Made by a program: the position numbers and the translations under genes
Notes under the pieces: model-generated
The model's input: the letters and a program-made list of their open reading frames with translations, nothing else
What the model was told of the DNA's origin: nothing
Databases searched by the model: none
IMG/VR virus record: IMGVR_UViG_3300035208_002853
Location: 24,033 to 88,032 of that record
Length of the DNA stretch: 64,000 nt
Source of the DNA: a virus
Lineage: Duplodnaviria; Heunggongvirae; Uroviricota; Caudoviricetes
Strand: one strand, 5' to 3'
In this document: in pieces, positions 8,840 through 18,375 of the stretch
Layout of the letters: each line of letters begins with the position of its first letter
Numbering within the stretch: position 1 is the first letter of the stretch

Positions 8840-9853
8840 TTACACCTCATATATCGGACAAACTCTTTCGTTCGCAATCAGTACTTTTCTAAACCATTTA
8901 AACTCTTCGCCGTACCATACGTCCTGTAACAGTCCATCACATTTAAGAAGATTTTCTTCGTTTAATCTCCCTTCGCAGAAACTACAGGGCAATACGTCTC
9001 CTCTTACGTTTATATACGCACTAAACAGCGTAGACTCACACGGCTCAATACTCTGTTTCATCTGTTTCTTTATGATGTCGTATTTCGGATGTCTGTCCAA
9101 ATACCGGAGAAACCGACCAGATGAGCAACTGTCGAACCCGAACCTGATCCAGTTATCGAGGCAATAACTTACTAGCGTATTAAACCTCTCTTGGCTCATC
9201 CGGGTGTAACCTTCTCCCCGGCCTTTCTTTTTAAGGGAAAGAAATACGATGGCATTTAAATCTTTGAGTCTAGGATCTGTTTCAATATCGTGGACGGTTT
9301 CTAGACAATTCGCGTAGGTCTCCTCCGCTACCAATTGGTGGATATTAACTTGTTTTAATCCTGCGGCAACCAATTTCTCGACAGCAGAGTAGCAAACATT
9401 TTTGTCGTCATATCTTGAAACGGCTATGGCTCCACAAACCTCCGCTAATTTAAAAACCCAGGCATCGGTTAATCCCCAGCCATTTATGGTAACGTTTGGT
9501 ACTACATTATGATCTCTGCAATACCAAAATATTTCCAATAAGTCGGGATTCGCGTTCAGATCTCCAAGTCCAAAGGCAATTTGCAAAACTGAATTTGGCA
9601 ATTTGTGGAATATGTTCCTGAAAGTCTCAAGACTCATATTCTCTCCAATACCTGTATTTGATTTATAGCAGTGAGAACATGGTTTTCCATTTATCCCATG
9701 ACAGATGGTGGAGACCTCACAATCTATGAGTTCTGGCCCTATCGGTGAAAACTGAGGATCATCGTTCTTGTCTAGGCCCCATCTACTAAACTTTCCCGTA
9801 ATATCATCAAAATCGTAGTTGTATGATGGTGTACGGACGGATTTAATGGACAT
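8840..9853 (-). CDS. radical-SAM-like / SPASM-domain enzyme with non-canonical Cys spacing
   Basis: N-terminal CEVSTICHGINGKPCSHC (CX5CX7CX2C, no CX3CX2C); C-terminal Cys-rich CSSG...PCESTL...VLPCSFCEG...KCDG...RVCP resembles a SPASM/twitch domain. Confidence 0.5.
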   Translation of the reverse strand: MSIKSVRTPSYNYDFDDITGKFSRWGLDKNDDPQFSPIGPELIDCEVSTICHGINGKPCSHCYKSNTGIGENMSLETFRNIFHKLPNSVLQIAFGLGDLNANPDLLEIFWYCRDHNVVPNVTINGWGLTDAWVFKLAEVCGAIAVSRYDDKNVCYSAVEKLVAAGLKQVNIHQLVAEETYANCLETVHDIETDPRLKDLNAIVFLSLKKKGRGEGYTRMSQERFNTLVSYCLDNWIRFGFDSCSSGRFLRYLDRHPKYDIIKKQMKQSIEPCESTLFSAYINVRGDVLPCSFCEGRLNEENLLKCDGLLQDVWYGEEFKWFRKVLIANERVCPIYEV

Positions 9854-9860
9854 TCGCGAC

Positions 9861-10106
9861 CTACCTCGCTATTGTAAACTCATTGGTCAACTCAATTAAT
9901 CTTTGATCCTTTAATTCTCTGGCACGTATTTTAATATTGATTAATGTATTTATTAACCTTGACACCATTTCATGATTAATCTCATACATCTCACATCCAG
10001 TACCAAATTCCTCTGTTTCTAAATACAATGGTTCTTCCTCATCTCTAAATTTTACAACAAAACTGGAAGAACTACTATTAGATACGAATCCGTCTCTAGT
10101 CTTCAT
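9861..10106 (-). CDS. paralog family member P1 (N-terminal MKTRDGFVSNSSSSSFVV)
   Basis: Shares N-terminal RxGFVSNSSSSSF motif with 5 adjacent ORFs; 81 aa. Confidence 0.5.
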   Translation of the reverse strand: MKTRDGFVSNSSSSSFVVKFRDEEEPLYLETEEFGTGCEMYEINHEMVSRLINTLINIKIRARELKDQRLIELTNEFTIAR

Positions 10107-10480
10107 GTTTTTATATACTCCTTCAATTCCGCATACGTCTTAAATTTTTCTTTAATCTCATCCTGCGCTATGTTGTAACTTACATTTCTAGATTTGAATA
10201 TGTATTTTAAAACTTCTTCAGAGTCAAAAGCCAGAAGATTACATACGGGACACAAAGTAGATGGAACTTCTCCTTCCCATTCGTCTTTATCTTTTATTTC
10301 GTTTATTAAAACTTTAATTTCTGAGGACAAACAAAATTCATGGAATAAATGCTCGTTTTCACATCCAACCATATCAAAATCGGAGGGTCCTACCTCGAAT
10401 CCCGCTTCTTCTTCACCACATATTGCGCACACAAACGAACTTGAACTTGAGTTCGACACAAATCCCAATCTAACTATCAT
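10103..10480 (-). CDS. paralog family member P2 (MIVRLGFVSNSSSSSFV) with Zn-ribbon-like Cys pairs
   Basis: Conserved N-terminus; CAICG...CPVCN; 4-nt overlap with P1. Confidence 0.5.
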   Translation of the reverse strand: MIVRLGFVSNSSSSSFVCAICGEEEAGFEVGPSDFDMVGCENEHLFHEFCLSSEIKVLINEIKDKDEWEGEVPSTLCPVCNLLAFDSEEVLKYIFKSRNVSYNIAQDEIKEKFKTYAELKEYIKT

Positions 10481-10655
10481 AAATATTTCCCTCTTTAAAA
10501 TCTTTTATGATTTTGGCTTCAACCATTTTGTTTAACATTTCTTCCAGTTTTTCTCTTTCTTCCTCGTATACTTCTAAGGATATTTCTACTCCTTTATATT
10601 TTACTATAAAAGAGGACGAACTAGAATTACTCACAAATCCTTGTCTAACCTTCAT
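10470..10655 (-). CDS. paralog family member P3 (MKVRQGFVSNSSSSSFIV)
   Basis: Conserved N-terminus; 61 aa. Confidence 0.5.
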   Translation of the reverse strand: MKVRQGFVSNSSSSSFIVKYKGVEISLEVYEEEREKLEEMLNKMVEAKIIKDFKEGNIYDS

Positions 10656-10959
10656 TATTGCAAATCTCCTCGATAATCTCGTCTACAGTTTTACCAGACT
10701 TCTTTAGCAGGTACTCCTTTAAAGAGTTTGCGCTTGCTCGGCAGAGTGGACAAAACTTCGACGCAACTCTTTGTGGATCAGGTTTTGTTTTCTTGAAAGA
10801 GAAATGTTCTCTACAAAGTAAGTGTCCTTTTTCGCACCTTAATAGATCTCCCATCGATGGTATCTCATCCCAATCCCATCCTTCTTCCATCTTTCCGCAA
10901 AGATTGCAGATAAAAGAACAGGAAGAAGAATTACTTACGAACCCAACTCTTTCTTTCAT
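10645..10959 (-). CDS. paralog family member P4 (MKERVGFVSNSSSCSFIC), Zn-ribbon-like
   Basis: Motif is internal to the track ORF 10645..11073; start re-assigned to the Met preceding the motif; CNLCG...CPLCR. Confidence 0.45.
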   Translation of the reverse strand: MKERVGFVSNSSSCSFICNLCGKMEEGWDWDEIPSMGDLLRCEKGHLLCREHFSFKKTKPDPQRVASKFCPLCRASANSLKEYLLKKSGKTVDEIIEEICNNEG

Positions 10960-10972
10960 ATTCGCTCCGCTT

Positions 10973-11407
10973 TCACCTATTATAAAAGTCAAATCTCCAC
11001 TTAAATCTCTTGGACTCTCCGCCGTCGCGAAGGATATAATCGTAAATTTCTCCCAAGAGAGTTCCCTGCTCATCTCCGAACTGGACAGAATTTTCTCCTG
11101 GCGCGAGAGCTTTGGTCTTTTTCGGGGACCAATACATTCCTCTGGATTCTTCTAGTTCTTTTGCCTCTTGGCACATAAGAGAGATTACGTCTTCGAGAGT
11201 CTTGAGATTTATCTTCTCGTCCTTATGACTTTTCCGAAATTCTTTTCCCACAATTGGAGAATATTCTTCCTCATATTTCTTTATAAGACGTGAGTTTTCT
11301 TTTACGAACTCACAAAGATGGAGTCTCTCTTTAGTTTTATTCTCAATAATAAAACTGGTGGAGCTACTATTAGACACAAATCCAGATCTAGTAATCACGG
11401 CGATCAC
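10973..11407 (-). CDS. paralog family member P5 (MIAVITRSGFVSNSSSTSFII)
   Basis: Conserved N-terminus; 144 aa. Confidence 0.5.
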   Translation of the reverse strand: MIAVITRSGFVSNSSSTSFIIENKTKERLHLCEFVKENSRLIKKYEEEYSPIVGKEFRKSHKDEKINLKTLEDVISLMCQEAKELEESRGMYWSPKKTKALAPGENSVQFGDEQGTLLGEIYDYILRDGGESKRFKWRFDFYNR

Positions 11408-11702
11408 CTATGTATATCCTTCCGATTTCTATGGTTTTTAATTCTAAGTTTTCTAACCGAGTCAACGAAGATTCGAATTTATCATCCGATTCGCTGGTTA
11501 TTGTAATCCGGACCTCTTTTAGATTCCCTCTGGCGTCATACTCTTCTAACCCATGCTCCTCAAATCTATTTGCCACCTTTTCAATCCAATTGGTCATCTC
11601 CTCTTTGAACCTGTTTATTAAATCAAATTTATCCGTTCCCTTTCCACTGATTATAAAGGAAGAAGATGACGAATTTGATACAAATCCAGATCTAGTAATC
11701 AT
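11388..11702 (-). CDS. paralog family member P6 (MITRSGFVSNSSSSSFIIS)
   Basis: Conserved N-terminus; 104 aa. Confidence 0.5.
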   Translation of the reverse strand: MITRSGFVSNSSSSSFIISGKGTDKFDLINRFKEEMTNWIEKVANRFEEHGLEEYDARGNLKEVRITITSESDDKFESSLTRLENLELKTIEIGRIYIGDRRDY

Positions 11703-11899
11703 TTTCTATTCTCCCAACCCATCAAGAATCCAAATACAGCAACAAAAACTATTCCTAATCCGAAACTCCAAGGTCTAAGATCAAATAATCCGTTAGGAGA
11801 CGGAATTGCATCTCCTAGATAAATAACCCTTAAAATTAGGAATCCTACGACACCTATAATTAAGGCGACGACTTCGTTATTTTTCATCTTCCCTCCCAT
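11699..11899 (-). CDS. small two-TM membrane protein
   Basis: Hydrophobic segments ALIIGVVGFLIL / GIVFVAVFGFLMG. Confidence 0.35.
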   Translation of the reverse strand: MGGKMKNNEVVALIIGVVGFLILRVIYLGDAIPSPNGLFDLRPWSFGLGIVFVAVFGFLMGWENRK

Positions 11900-12348
11900 A
11901 ACATATCAATAGCAACAGCATATTTCTTTCTCATTCTGTCCGCCGTCTCTGGCGGAAGTCCTCTCATTCGGCAGTCGCTTGAATTGTGCGCCACGTCTTC
12001 CCACTTTACGTTAACCGCTATTTTACCTGCGGCGAGGACTCTCTTAAGGTAGTCCACATACGGCTCGTTTTTAATATGAGTAAGAGCTACTAACGCACTC
12101 ACTTCCTCTTCTGTCATATCTATTCTGTCTGTGATATCAGAGATGGTTATCTGCGGGCAATCTTCGAGTACATCATGAAGGACCGCAATCACTCTTTCGG
12201 GTTCGGTTTTCATTTGGAGCATTACATATAACGGATGAAGTATATAAGGAAGTCCAACTTTATCTAACTGCCCCACATGGCCCGCAACAGCGATCATAAT
12301 CGCAATATCAAGTCTTGATGTTCCTTCGACGGGTTCTATTCTCGGCAT
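11884..12348 (-). CDS. HD-domain (p)ppGpp hydrolase-like protein (SpoT/Mesh1 small alarmone hydrolase family)
   Basis: AGHVGQLDKVGLPYILHPL ... VIAVLHDVLED matches the SpoT/RelA hydrolase-domain signature. Confidence 0.65.
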   Translation of the reverse strand: MPRIEPVEGTSRLDIAIMIAVAGHVGQLDKVGLPYILHPLYVMLQMKTEPERVIAVLHDVLEDCPQITISDITDRIDMTEEEVSALVALTHIKNEPYVDYLKRVLAAGKIAVNVKWEDVAHNSSDCRMRGLPPETADRMRKKYAVAIDMLWEGR

Positions 12349-12365
12349 ACCTACACCTTGTCTCT

Positions 12366-12380
12366 ACTACTATTTAATCC
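12366..12380 (-). promoter_or_regulatory. promoter-like GGATTAAATAGTAGT (minus sense) about 20 nt upstream of ATG with AAGGTG SD
   Basis: Recurrent (A/T)TAAATAGT(A/T) motif upstream of many genes. Confidence 0.4.
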
Positions 12381-12388
12381 TGGCGGCA

Positions 12389-13144
12389 CTAATATCTCAT
12401 CACGTAAGGCAATCTTTTCTCAACAATTCCTTTTGCCGATTCTACGTCCCCTCTATAGATATGTAACGAATCGTTTTTATCTAATAATCTATATATTTTA
12501 CAGTTGTTGGGTCCATACACGTATTTATTCATCATCCAGGTAATCGCGATTAGATTAGGTTGCCACGCATTAAATAGATCCCGAGACCTCCAATCTAAAT
12601 GAAGATCCGCGAAGTTAACTTCGTTTTCCTCTCCGATCCAGCGGGACCATATGCGCTGCATGCAGGGTGAAGCGTTATTTACAACATCCGCTTCTGGCTC
12701 CCATGTAATCGCCTGAGACCTGTTAGAGGCAATCCTATTGTTTATCTGATCTTCTAGTTGGTCTCTTAATACTTTTAGTTGGTCTACGGTTTTATTTTCG
12801 CTTTTATATTGAACTATCCTTTCTATGTACAAATATGTAAACTTCTTTTCTTCGGGCCAATCGTTATATCCAGCGAGAAAATCAACATCAAATTCTCGTT
12901 TATATTGGTCAATAGATTTAAAAGAAAAATCTGGATGTAAAACTCCATTAGACATCTGATCTATAGCATTTCCCGTTAATTCTATTACTTGACAGGAGTC
13001 TTTTATATATTTAGGTTCCTCCACAGAACCGAATATAACATCCGTATTTGATTTTAAGACATTATTTATTGCGGTTAACCACGCTACATTAAAATCTCCC
13101 GATTTTACCATATACATTTTAGATAGCTTCATCCCATTCCTCAT
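12389..13144 (-). CDS. thymidylate-synthase-family protein, divergent; resembles deoxypyrimidine-nucleotide hydroxymethylases
   Basis: ITWEPEAD...SPCMQRIW (cf. ThyA AWNP.D...PPCH catalytic Cys region) and WRSRDLFNAWQPNLIAITWM (cf. QRS.D..LGxPFNIAS); size 251 aa similar to T4 dCMP hydroxymethylase. Confidence 0.55.
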   Translation of the reverse strand: MRNGMKLSKMYMVKSGDFNVAWLTAINNVLKSNTDVIFGSVEEPKYIKDSCQVIELTGNAIDQMSNGVLHPDFSFKSIDQYKREFDVDFLAGYNDWPEEKKFTYLYIERIVQYKSENKTVDQLKVLRDQLEDQINNRIASNRSQAITWEPEADVVNNASPCMQRIWSRWIGEENEVNFADLHLDWRSRDLFNAWQPNLIAITWMMNKYVYGPNNCKIYRLLDKNDSLHIYRGDVESAKGIVEKRLPYVMRY

Positions 13145-15329
13145 ATTTAATAATAATTTTATTGATTTCTTCTTGCGTCCAAGGCGGTCTCTTGTATAAT
13201 GAATCTACCAATATTACATCTTTTTCTCTAAAAATTGAAACAATCAGATTGTTTAGAATCAACTTGTGAGAAACAGACATTTTACACCTCTCTTTTGGTT
13301 CACCCCACAAAAGAAATAGACGAATTAAAAAGACTTAAGACGAATGACATAGCAATAAATATAAAAATTAAATACATGCTAAGGGCAAATACGTCAGCGC
13401 AAAATTCTCTTTTATTCGGAACTAATATACCCGCAATAAAACTTATGGAAGCGGACCCAGTAAACCATAGAGCCATTTTAATGCAAGAAAGTTCTAGAAT
13501 CATCCGAATAACACTCCCATAAGCATTTCAAACAACCCTGTAACTATAAAAATCGCAGCAACAGCAACAGCGACGAGAAAATTAGACCTTTGGTGTAAAA
13601 ATATTGAAATCACATTAAAAATCATCCCAATCACTATTTGGATCATCCCAATCAAAACAAGATTCATATTAATTACCTCCTTATCATTTCCGATCTTTCA
13701 ATCATCTTTCTTTCGCCAGAAGAAATCCATCTCTCAATTCCATAATACAGAGAAATTTTACCTAAATCGGCATCAATATCTTCTTGAGTCCAAGGTTTAT
13801 TCATATAAATAGAATCTATTAAAATACCGACCTCATCACAAATTGAGATAACCATGTGGGAGGGAAATGTATCGCACACCGCAAGTATGGTCATGGCGCA
13901 CGCTCCACCACTTTTAACCACTCTTTGGGATAAAATAAATATTGATTAGTATCTAGGACTTTAATGTATACGTCCTTCGAGTTCGGAGTTAAAATGTTGT
14001 TAACTCTAGCCCGCTTCCCTGCCAGACTATTTCCATCGAAATCTTCTCCTTTAATTATGAGAACTATATCGCAAACTTGGAAGGACATGGATTATGCTCC
14101 ATATTTTGACAATTCGTCATCAATTGTCATTAAATCTCTCGCAATTGAAGATCTCTTTTGGAGAAGTTCCGATACCTCTTCAATGAAAAGGTATTCTCCT
14201 TTATCGAATATTTTTATTTTGCCTTTTTTCTCCTTTTTATTACTTCCATAAGATGTAATTATAAGAGTCGCATATTCGGCATCAGATCTAGATTTTAACC
14301 AACGGACCAGAACAAAATAGGGAAGAATCTTCCATAGAGAGCGATACAATTTTCACTCCTCCCCGTCGTCGTCATTCTCATAATACTCTTTATCGAAGTC
14401 TTTTGAATAAATTCCAGGCGACGCCATAATATCTCGTTCCTCGTCTACAAAATAAAATTGAATACCGACAAACTGCCATTTTCCGGGCATCACCCCTTCG
14501 GTTTGGCTCTTGAAAGACTCATACAATTCTTCTACGGTGATTCCTTTTCGCAGACGTTCCATGATTTCTTTCATGTTAGTACTTCCTTAACGCCGACAGC
14601 GCCCGCGAGAGGTCCATAGAAGCCCTTCTAACCGCACCAGATTCTTTGGGGCAGGACGGAATATGTGTATATTCCTTTTCTCCAACAAAATACCTTACCG
14701 TTATTTTCTGTTCGTTCTGGAGTTCTTTTACCCGATCTAAGAATCTTTTAGCCTCTTCGACCGCCGTTTTTAGTTTCTTTTCATCCATAAATTAATCTCC
14801 TCTTAAATACTTCTCTCTATCTTCCGTCACCATCCAAGAAAAATCATCCTTGATAATTCCAGAATCTACTTTAGACTTATAGCCATTAAAATTAGGATCT
14901 CTGCACCCGTGATCGCTCATCTCAAAGGAGAAATTTGTATTAGCGCATCCCGATCTACTTCTTATTTCATTCCAGATGGATTTATCAAGGATAAAACCTC
15001 TAATAATTTCAAAAAATGATTCAAAATCAATATTAAGTTTAGCCGCCTCCCTCATATAACAAAGATGATACTCCCCATTTTTATTAGTAGCGATCTCCTT
15101 CGCCATTTTATCGATAAACCAACTTCGGATTTCTTTGGACATACCCTCTCCCTCCTCAATTACTACAAAAATGTCTTATGTGTGAACTGCAACGTTCGGC
15201 AAATACCGAAAATAATTCTCCGGCTTCTCTATTTATTACGTGTCCACATACGGGACACTTAAATTTAGAAAGGTCTTCTATGTAGTGCCACACATCTAAC
15301 GCCATATTAAAGAATATGTGGGATTAGTA

Positions 15330-15653
15330 TTAATAGTTTGCGAGGCAATTACTACAACCAATTATATCGCCTTCGAAAGACAACATATCAATCCTTTTGC
15401 ACATCGGACACTCTTCTTCAACCCAAGAATAACATCCAATCTTTAAGCCTTCTAAAGGCTCAACAACGTGGCCTTCTTTGAATCTTGTAACATCTACGTC
15501 TCGCTGCCACAGAACCCTTATATCTATCCAATCGTAGAGGTCTAGCCCCGATTTCCAAGCTAACTTCTTGGCATCTCTCGCGGTCTTAGCGACAATAGAA
15601 AACCCCTCACATTCGTCCGGATCGGGTTTAACGAAATAACACTTAAGGGTCAT
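15330..15653 (-). CDS. hypothetical Cys-containing protein
   Basis: ORF; CPMCK...CSNC. Confidence 0.35.
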   Translation of the reverse strand: MTLKCYFVKPDPDECEGFSIVAKTARDAKKLAWKSGLDLYDWIDIRVLWQRDVDVTRFKEGHVVEPLEGLKIGCYSWVEEECPMCKRIDMLSFEGDIIGCSNCLANY

Positions 15654-16069
15654 TAAACACCACGTTCTGTAGTTGAAATTTAGGTTCCGTCCTGGTTATT
15701 ACCAAGATCCCATTATATCTCTTCAAATCAGATTTAATTAAGATATTTGTATAATCTCGCAAGTCTAGTCTCATATCTTTTGGGTAGTCTCTTGGTATGT
15801 AGGAAATGTAGTCTCCCTCTGAGATTAATTCTTTTAACTCCTTTGGTGCATTGTTGAAGTTCCAAAATTGGATGAATTCTTTCATAGCTTTTTCTCCCTT
15901 ATTTGATTATGCGAGTCCATTAACACTTTAGAGTGAGGTTCCCCATCGGGACCTAATAGAGTAAAAACTTCTCCACACGCCAGACTTTCTAGGTTAACCT
16001 CGGATATATTTTCTCCCCATTTTAGGGTTCTTGCGTTATCAAAATAATATTTCGGATTATAACCTTCGT

Positions 16070-17770
16070 TCATCTCATCACCTCCCTCGCTAATACTCTT
16101 TCTGATAACTTCTCCTTCTTTTCGAGGATTTTATTTATGCGGGCCTCGATTACACTGTTACTGTTTAATTCATAAAAAGTCATAGGGTGAAGTTGGCCGC
16201 GCCTATCGATTCTTCCTCGGAGCTGCTCCATACGGCTAAATGTCCATGAAGAATTTATAACAATCATTGATGAACAAAATTGAAGATTTAAACCTTCCTG
16301 GGCTTTTTCTGAAGCTAAGAGAATCCTAGTATCTCCTCTGAACTTCTCAAGTTCGTCTTCAGTGTCATAACTCCCGGCAACCATAGCGCAGTCCTCATTT
16401 GTAAGACACCTTTTTACGAGTTCCAGAGCTTTTACATAGGTTGAAAATACAATGATTTTTTCTCTGCCCGATTCTTCCAAAATATCTTTTACCTCTAGAA
16501 GTCTTGGTGTTAATTCTATGTCTTCTGGTTTAATTTTGCCTTCTAATAGTTCTTGAACTTTGCTTGGAATATATTCAATAGACTCATTGCTATTCCCCTC
16601 GATCTGACTCCACAAGTCTAGACCTCTCGGTGCGTCCAAAACCGCTATCGGGAGGAGCGATGGGCTTATGAGATTTTCGCGGCTATACGTGAAGTATTTA
16701 AGAACATTATTTGGGTCCTCTTTTGCCAGTTCCAAGAGTCTTTTTTCTATTCGTTTCTGCTCCTTGGAGAGTTCTACGGTTCTTGTAATTATTGAAGTTG
16801 GTGGCAAATTTAATACTTCGCGTTTTTCTTTCCGGATCATAAGGGGTTTAATAAGTTCTCGGAACTCGTCTACATTACGTTCTCCCCGGATTTGCCAGTA
16901 AGATCTCCCGTTAGAACCTTGTCTTAGTTCTCTGACAAGGAACATTTCTGCAAATTTTTCATAAGACGGGATAAAGCCCGGACTAACTATATTTAATATT
17001 GTATAAAATTCTCCTAAATTATTATCAATTGGTTGTCCCGTTAAACCTATACAAGAGAACGTCTTGCTTCTTAGATCTATGCAGGCTTTTGTTCTCTTGG
17101 ACTCCCTGTTTTTTATACGCATAACTTCGTCAAATATTAATAATCCATTCCTGTTTAAATACAATTTAGCTTTATCAAGATCTGTTTTTTGTCTCATTAA
17201 GTCATAAGAGCAGATAACATATTGGCACTCTTTTGCGAGTTTCCACTGCTTCTCTCTTTTCTCTCTTGATCCATCGATTACTATTCTACTTGGATCTAGA
17301 TTATTAAACTTTTTTAATTCTTCATACCACTGGCCTCTTAATGAAGCGGGGCAAACAACAAGATTTCTTTGTCCCAAGTAATCTGCATACCCTATTGCGG
17401 TCGGTGTCTTGCCGAGGCCTATTGATAGGGCTATTACGCAAGATTGGGCATTTTTAGTAAACTCCAAAGCCTCTTTTTGATAGTCAAGTAACATTTCATA
17501 TTTAAAATTGTCTTCAAAAATTCTAATGGGTCTAAACGCTGTTTTTTGATTGTATTCCTCTAATACAGCTTTTGAAGGTTGTATCCCAAAAGACTCCAAC
17601 ACTTTAATTACGTGAGGTTGAAACTCTCCTCCGCGAGCCCAGAAATGACCCAATGGATTGAATGTGAATCCTAATACAGATAATTTATTTCGTAGAGAGG
17701 TAGAGCTATCTGTAAGGACAGCTAAAACTCTCTCTTTGAAGCCTTGAGGCGTTCCAAATTTCATTTCCAC
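16070..17770 (-). CDS. SNF2-family DNA-dependent ATPase/helicase
   Basis: DYQKEAL, GLGKT (Walker A), LIFDEVMRIKN (DExx), GLTGQPIDNNLGEFYTILN (SNF2 motif III), C-terminal helicase lobe. Confidence 0.8.
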   Translation of the reverse strand: MEMKFGTPQGFKERVLAVLTDSSTSLRNKLSVLGFTFNPLGHFWARGGEFQPHVIKVLESFGIQPSKAVLEEYNQKTAFRPIRIFEDNFKYEMLLDYQKEALEFTKNAQSCVIALSIGLGKTPTAIGYADYLGQRNLVVCPASLRGQWYEELKKFNNLDPSRIVIDGSREKREKQWKLAKECQYVICSYDLMRQKTDLDKAKLYLNRNGLLIFDEVMRIKNRESKRTKACIDLRSKTFSCIGLTGQPIDNNLGEFYTILNIVSPGFIPSYEKFAEMFLVRELRQGSNGRSYWQIRGERNVDEFRELIKPLMIRKEKREVLNLPPTSIITRTVELSKEQKRIEKRLLELAKEDPNNVLKYFTYSRENLISPSLLPIAVLDAPRGLDLWSQIEGNSNESIEYIPSKVQELLEGKIKPEDIELTPRLLEVKDILEESGREKIIVFSTYVKALELVKRCLTNEDCAMVAGSYDTEDELEKFRGDTRILLASEKAQEGLNLQFCSSMIVINSSWTFSRMEQLRGRIDRRGQLHPMTFYELNSNSVIEARINKILEKKEKLSERVLAREVMR

Positions 17771-18264
17771 GGTACGAACCCCAATATACCCATATACGTA
17801 TATCCAATTAACCCATCTGGATTAGTAGTAATAATGTGGTCTCCAATGCCTTCTCCACCATAATCTTCTCCACTTACAAGTTGAGTAGTTCTATAGAATT
17901 TATATAATGCTCGCGTTCCGCTCATGTGAGTGGCATATACCCACATCTCAGGCTCAGTTGCATTAACCCAACATTTACTATTAAGTAATTCTTTTAGACT
18001 ATCCGTACTCGTTACAAATGTATTATCATAGTTCTCTGTAAAAGGAGCAACTACGTGATACAGTCGCACCATCCCTGGTTCCCACGACGAGTATACTTCG
18101 CAGACCGGTTTAACCGAATATAAATGATTTCCTATATGGGTGGTTGTTTCAGTTATTTCAACCGTCGTCTGCGTGCCATCGACCATGTTCATCATAAAAA
18201 TGAACACAAGCGCTCCAATTATTTTCCTCATGGTATATCCTCTCTTAATCAAATTCGTGTCCAC
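17761..18264 (-). CDS. secreted/signal-peptide protein
   Basis: MRKIIGALVFIFMMNMVDG signal-like N-terminus (probable start at the internal Met). Confidence 0.4.
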   Translation of the reverse strand: MDTNLIKRGYTMRKIIGALVFIFMMNMVDGTQTTVEITETTTHIGNHLYSVKPVCEVYSSWEPGMVRLYHVVAPFTENYDNTFVTSTDSLKELLNSKCWVNATEPEMWVYATHMSGTRALYKFYRTTQLVSGEDYGGEGIGDHIITTNPDGLIGYTYMGILGFVPWK

Positions 18265-18375
18265 ATCTTTTGCAGGCCCAAAAAGCTTGCGAATAATCCA
18301 TTTCTATAAGTAACTCGATCCAAGTATATCCGCATTTAGGACATTTAGCTGGAAAATTAATTAAACACATTAGGG

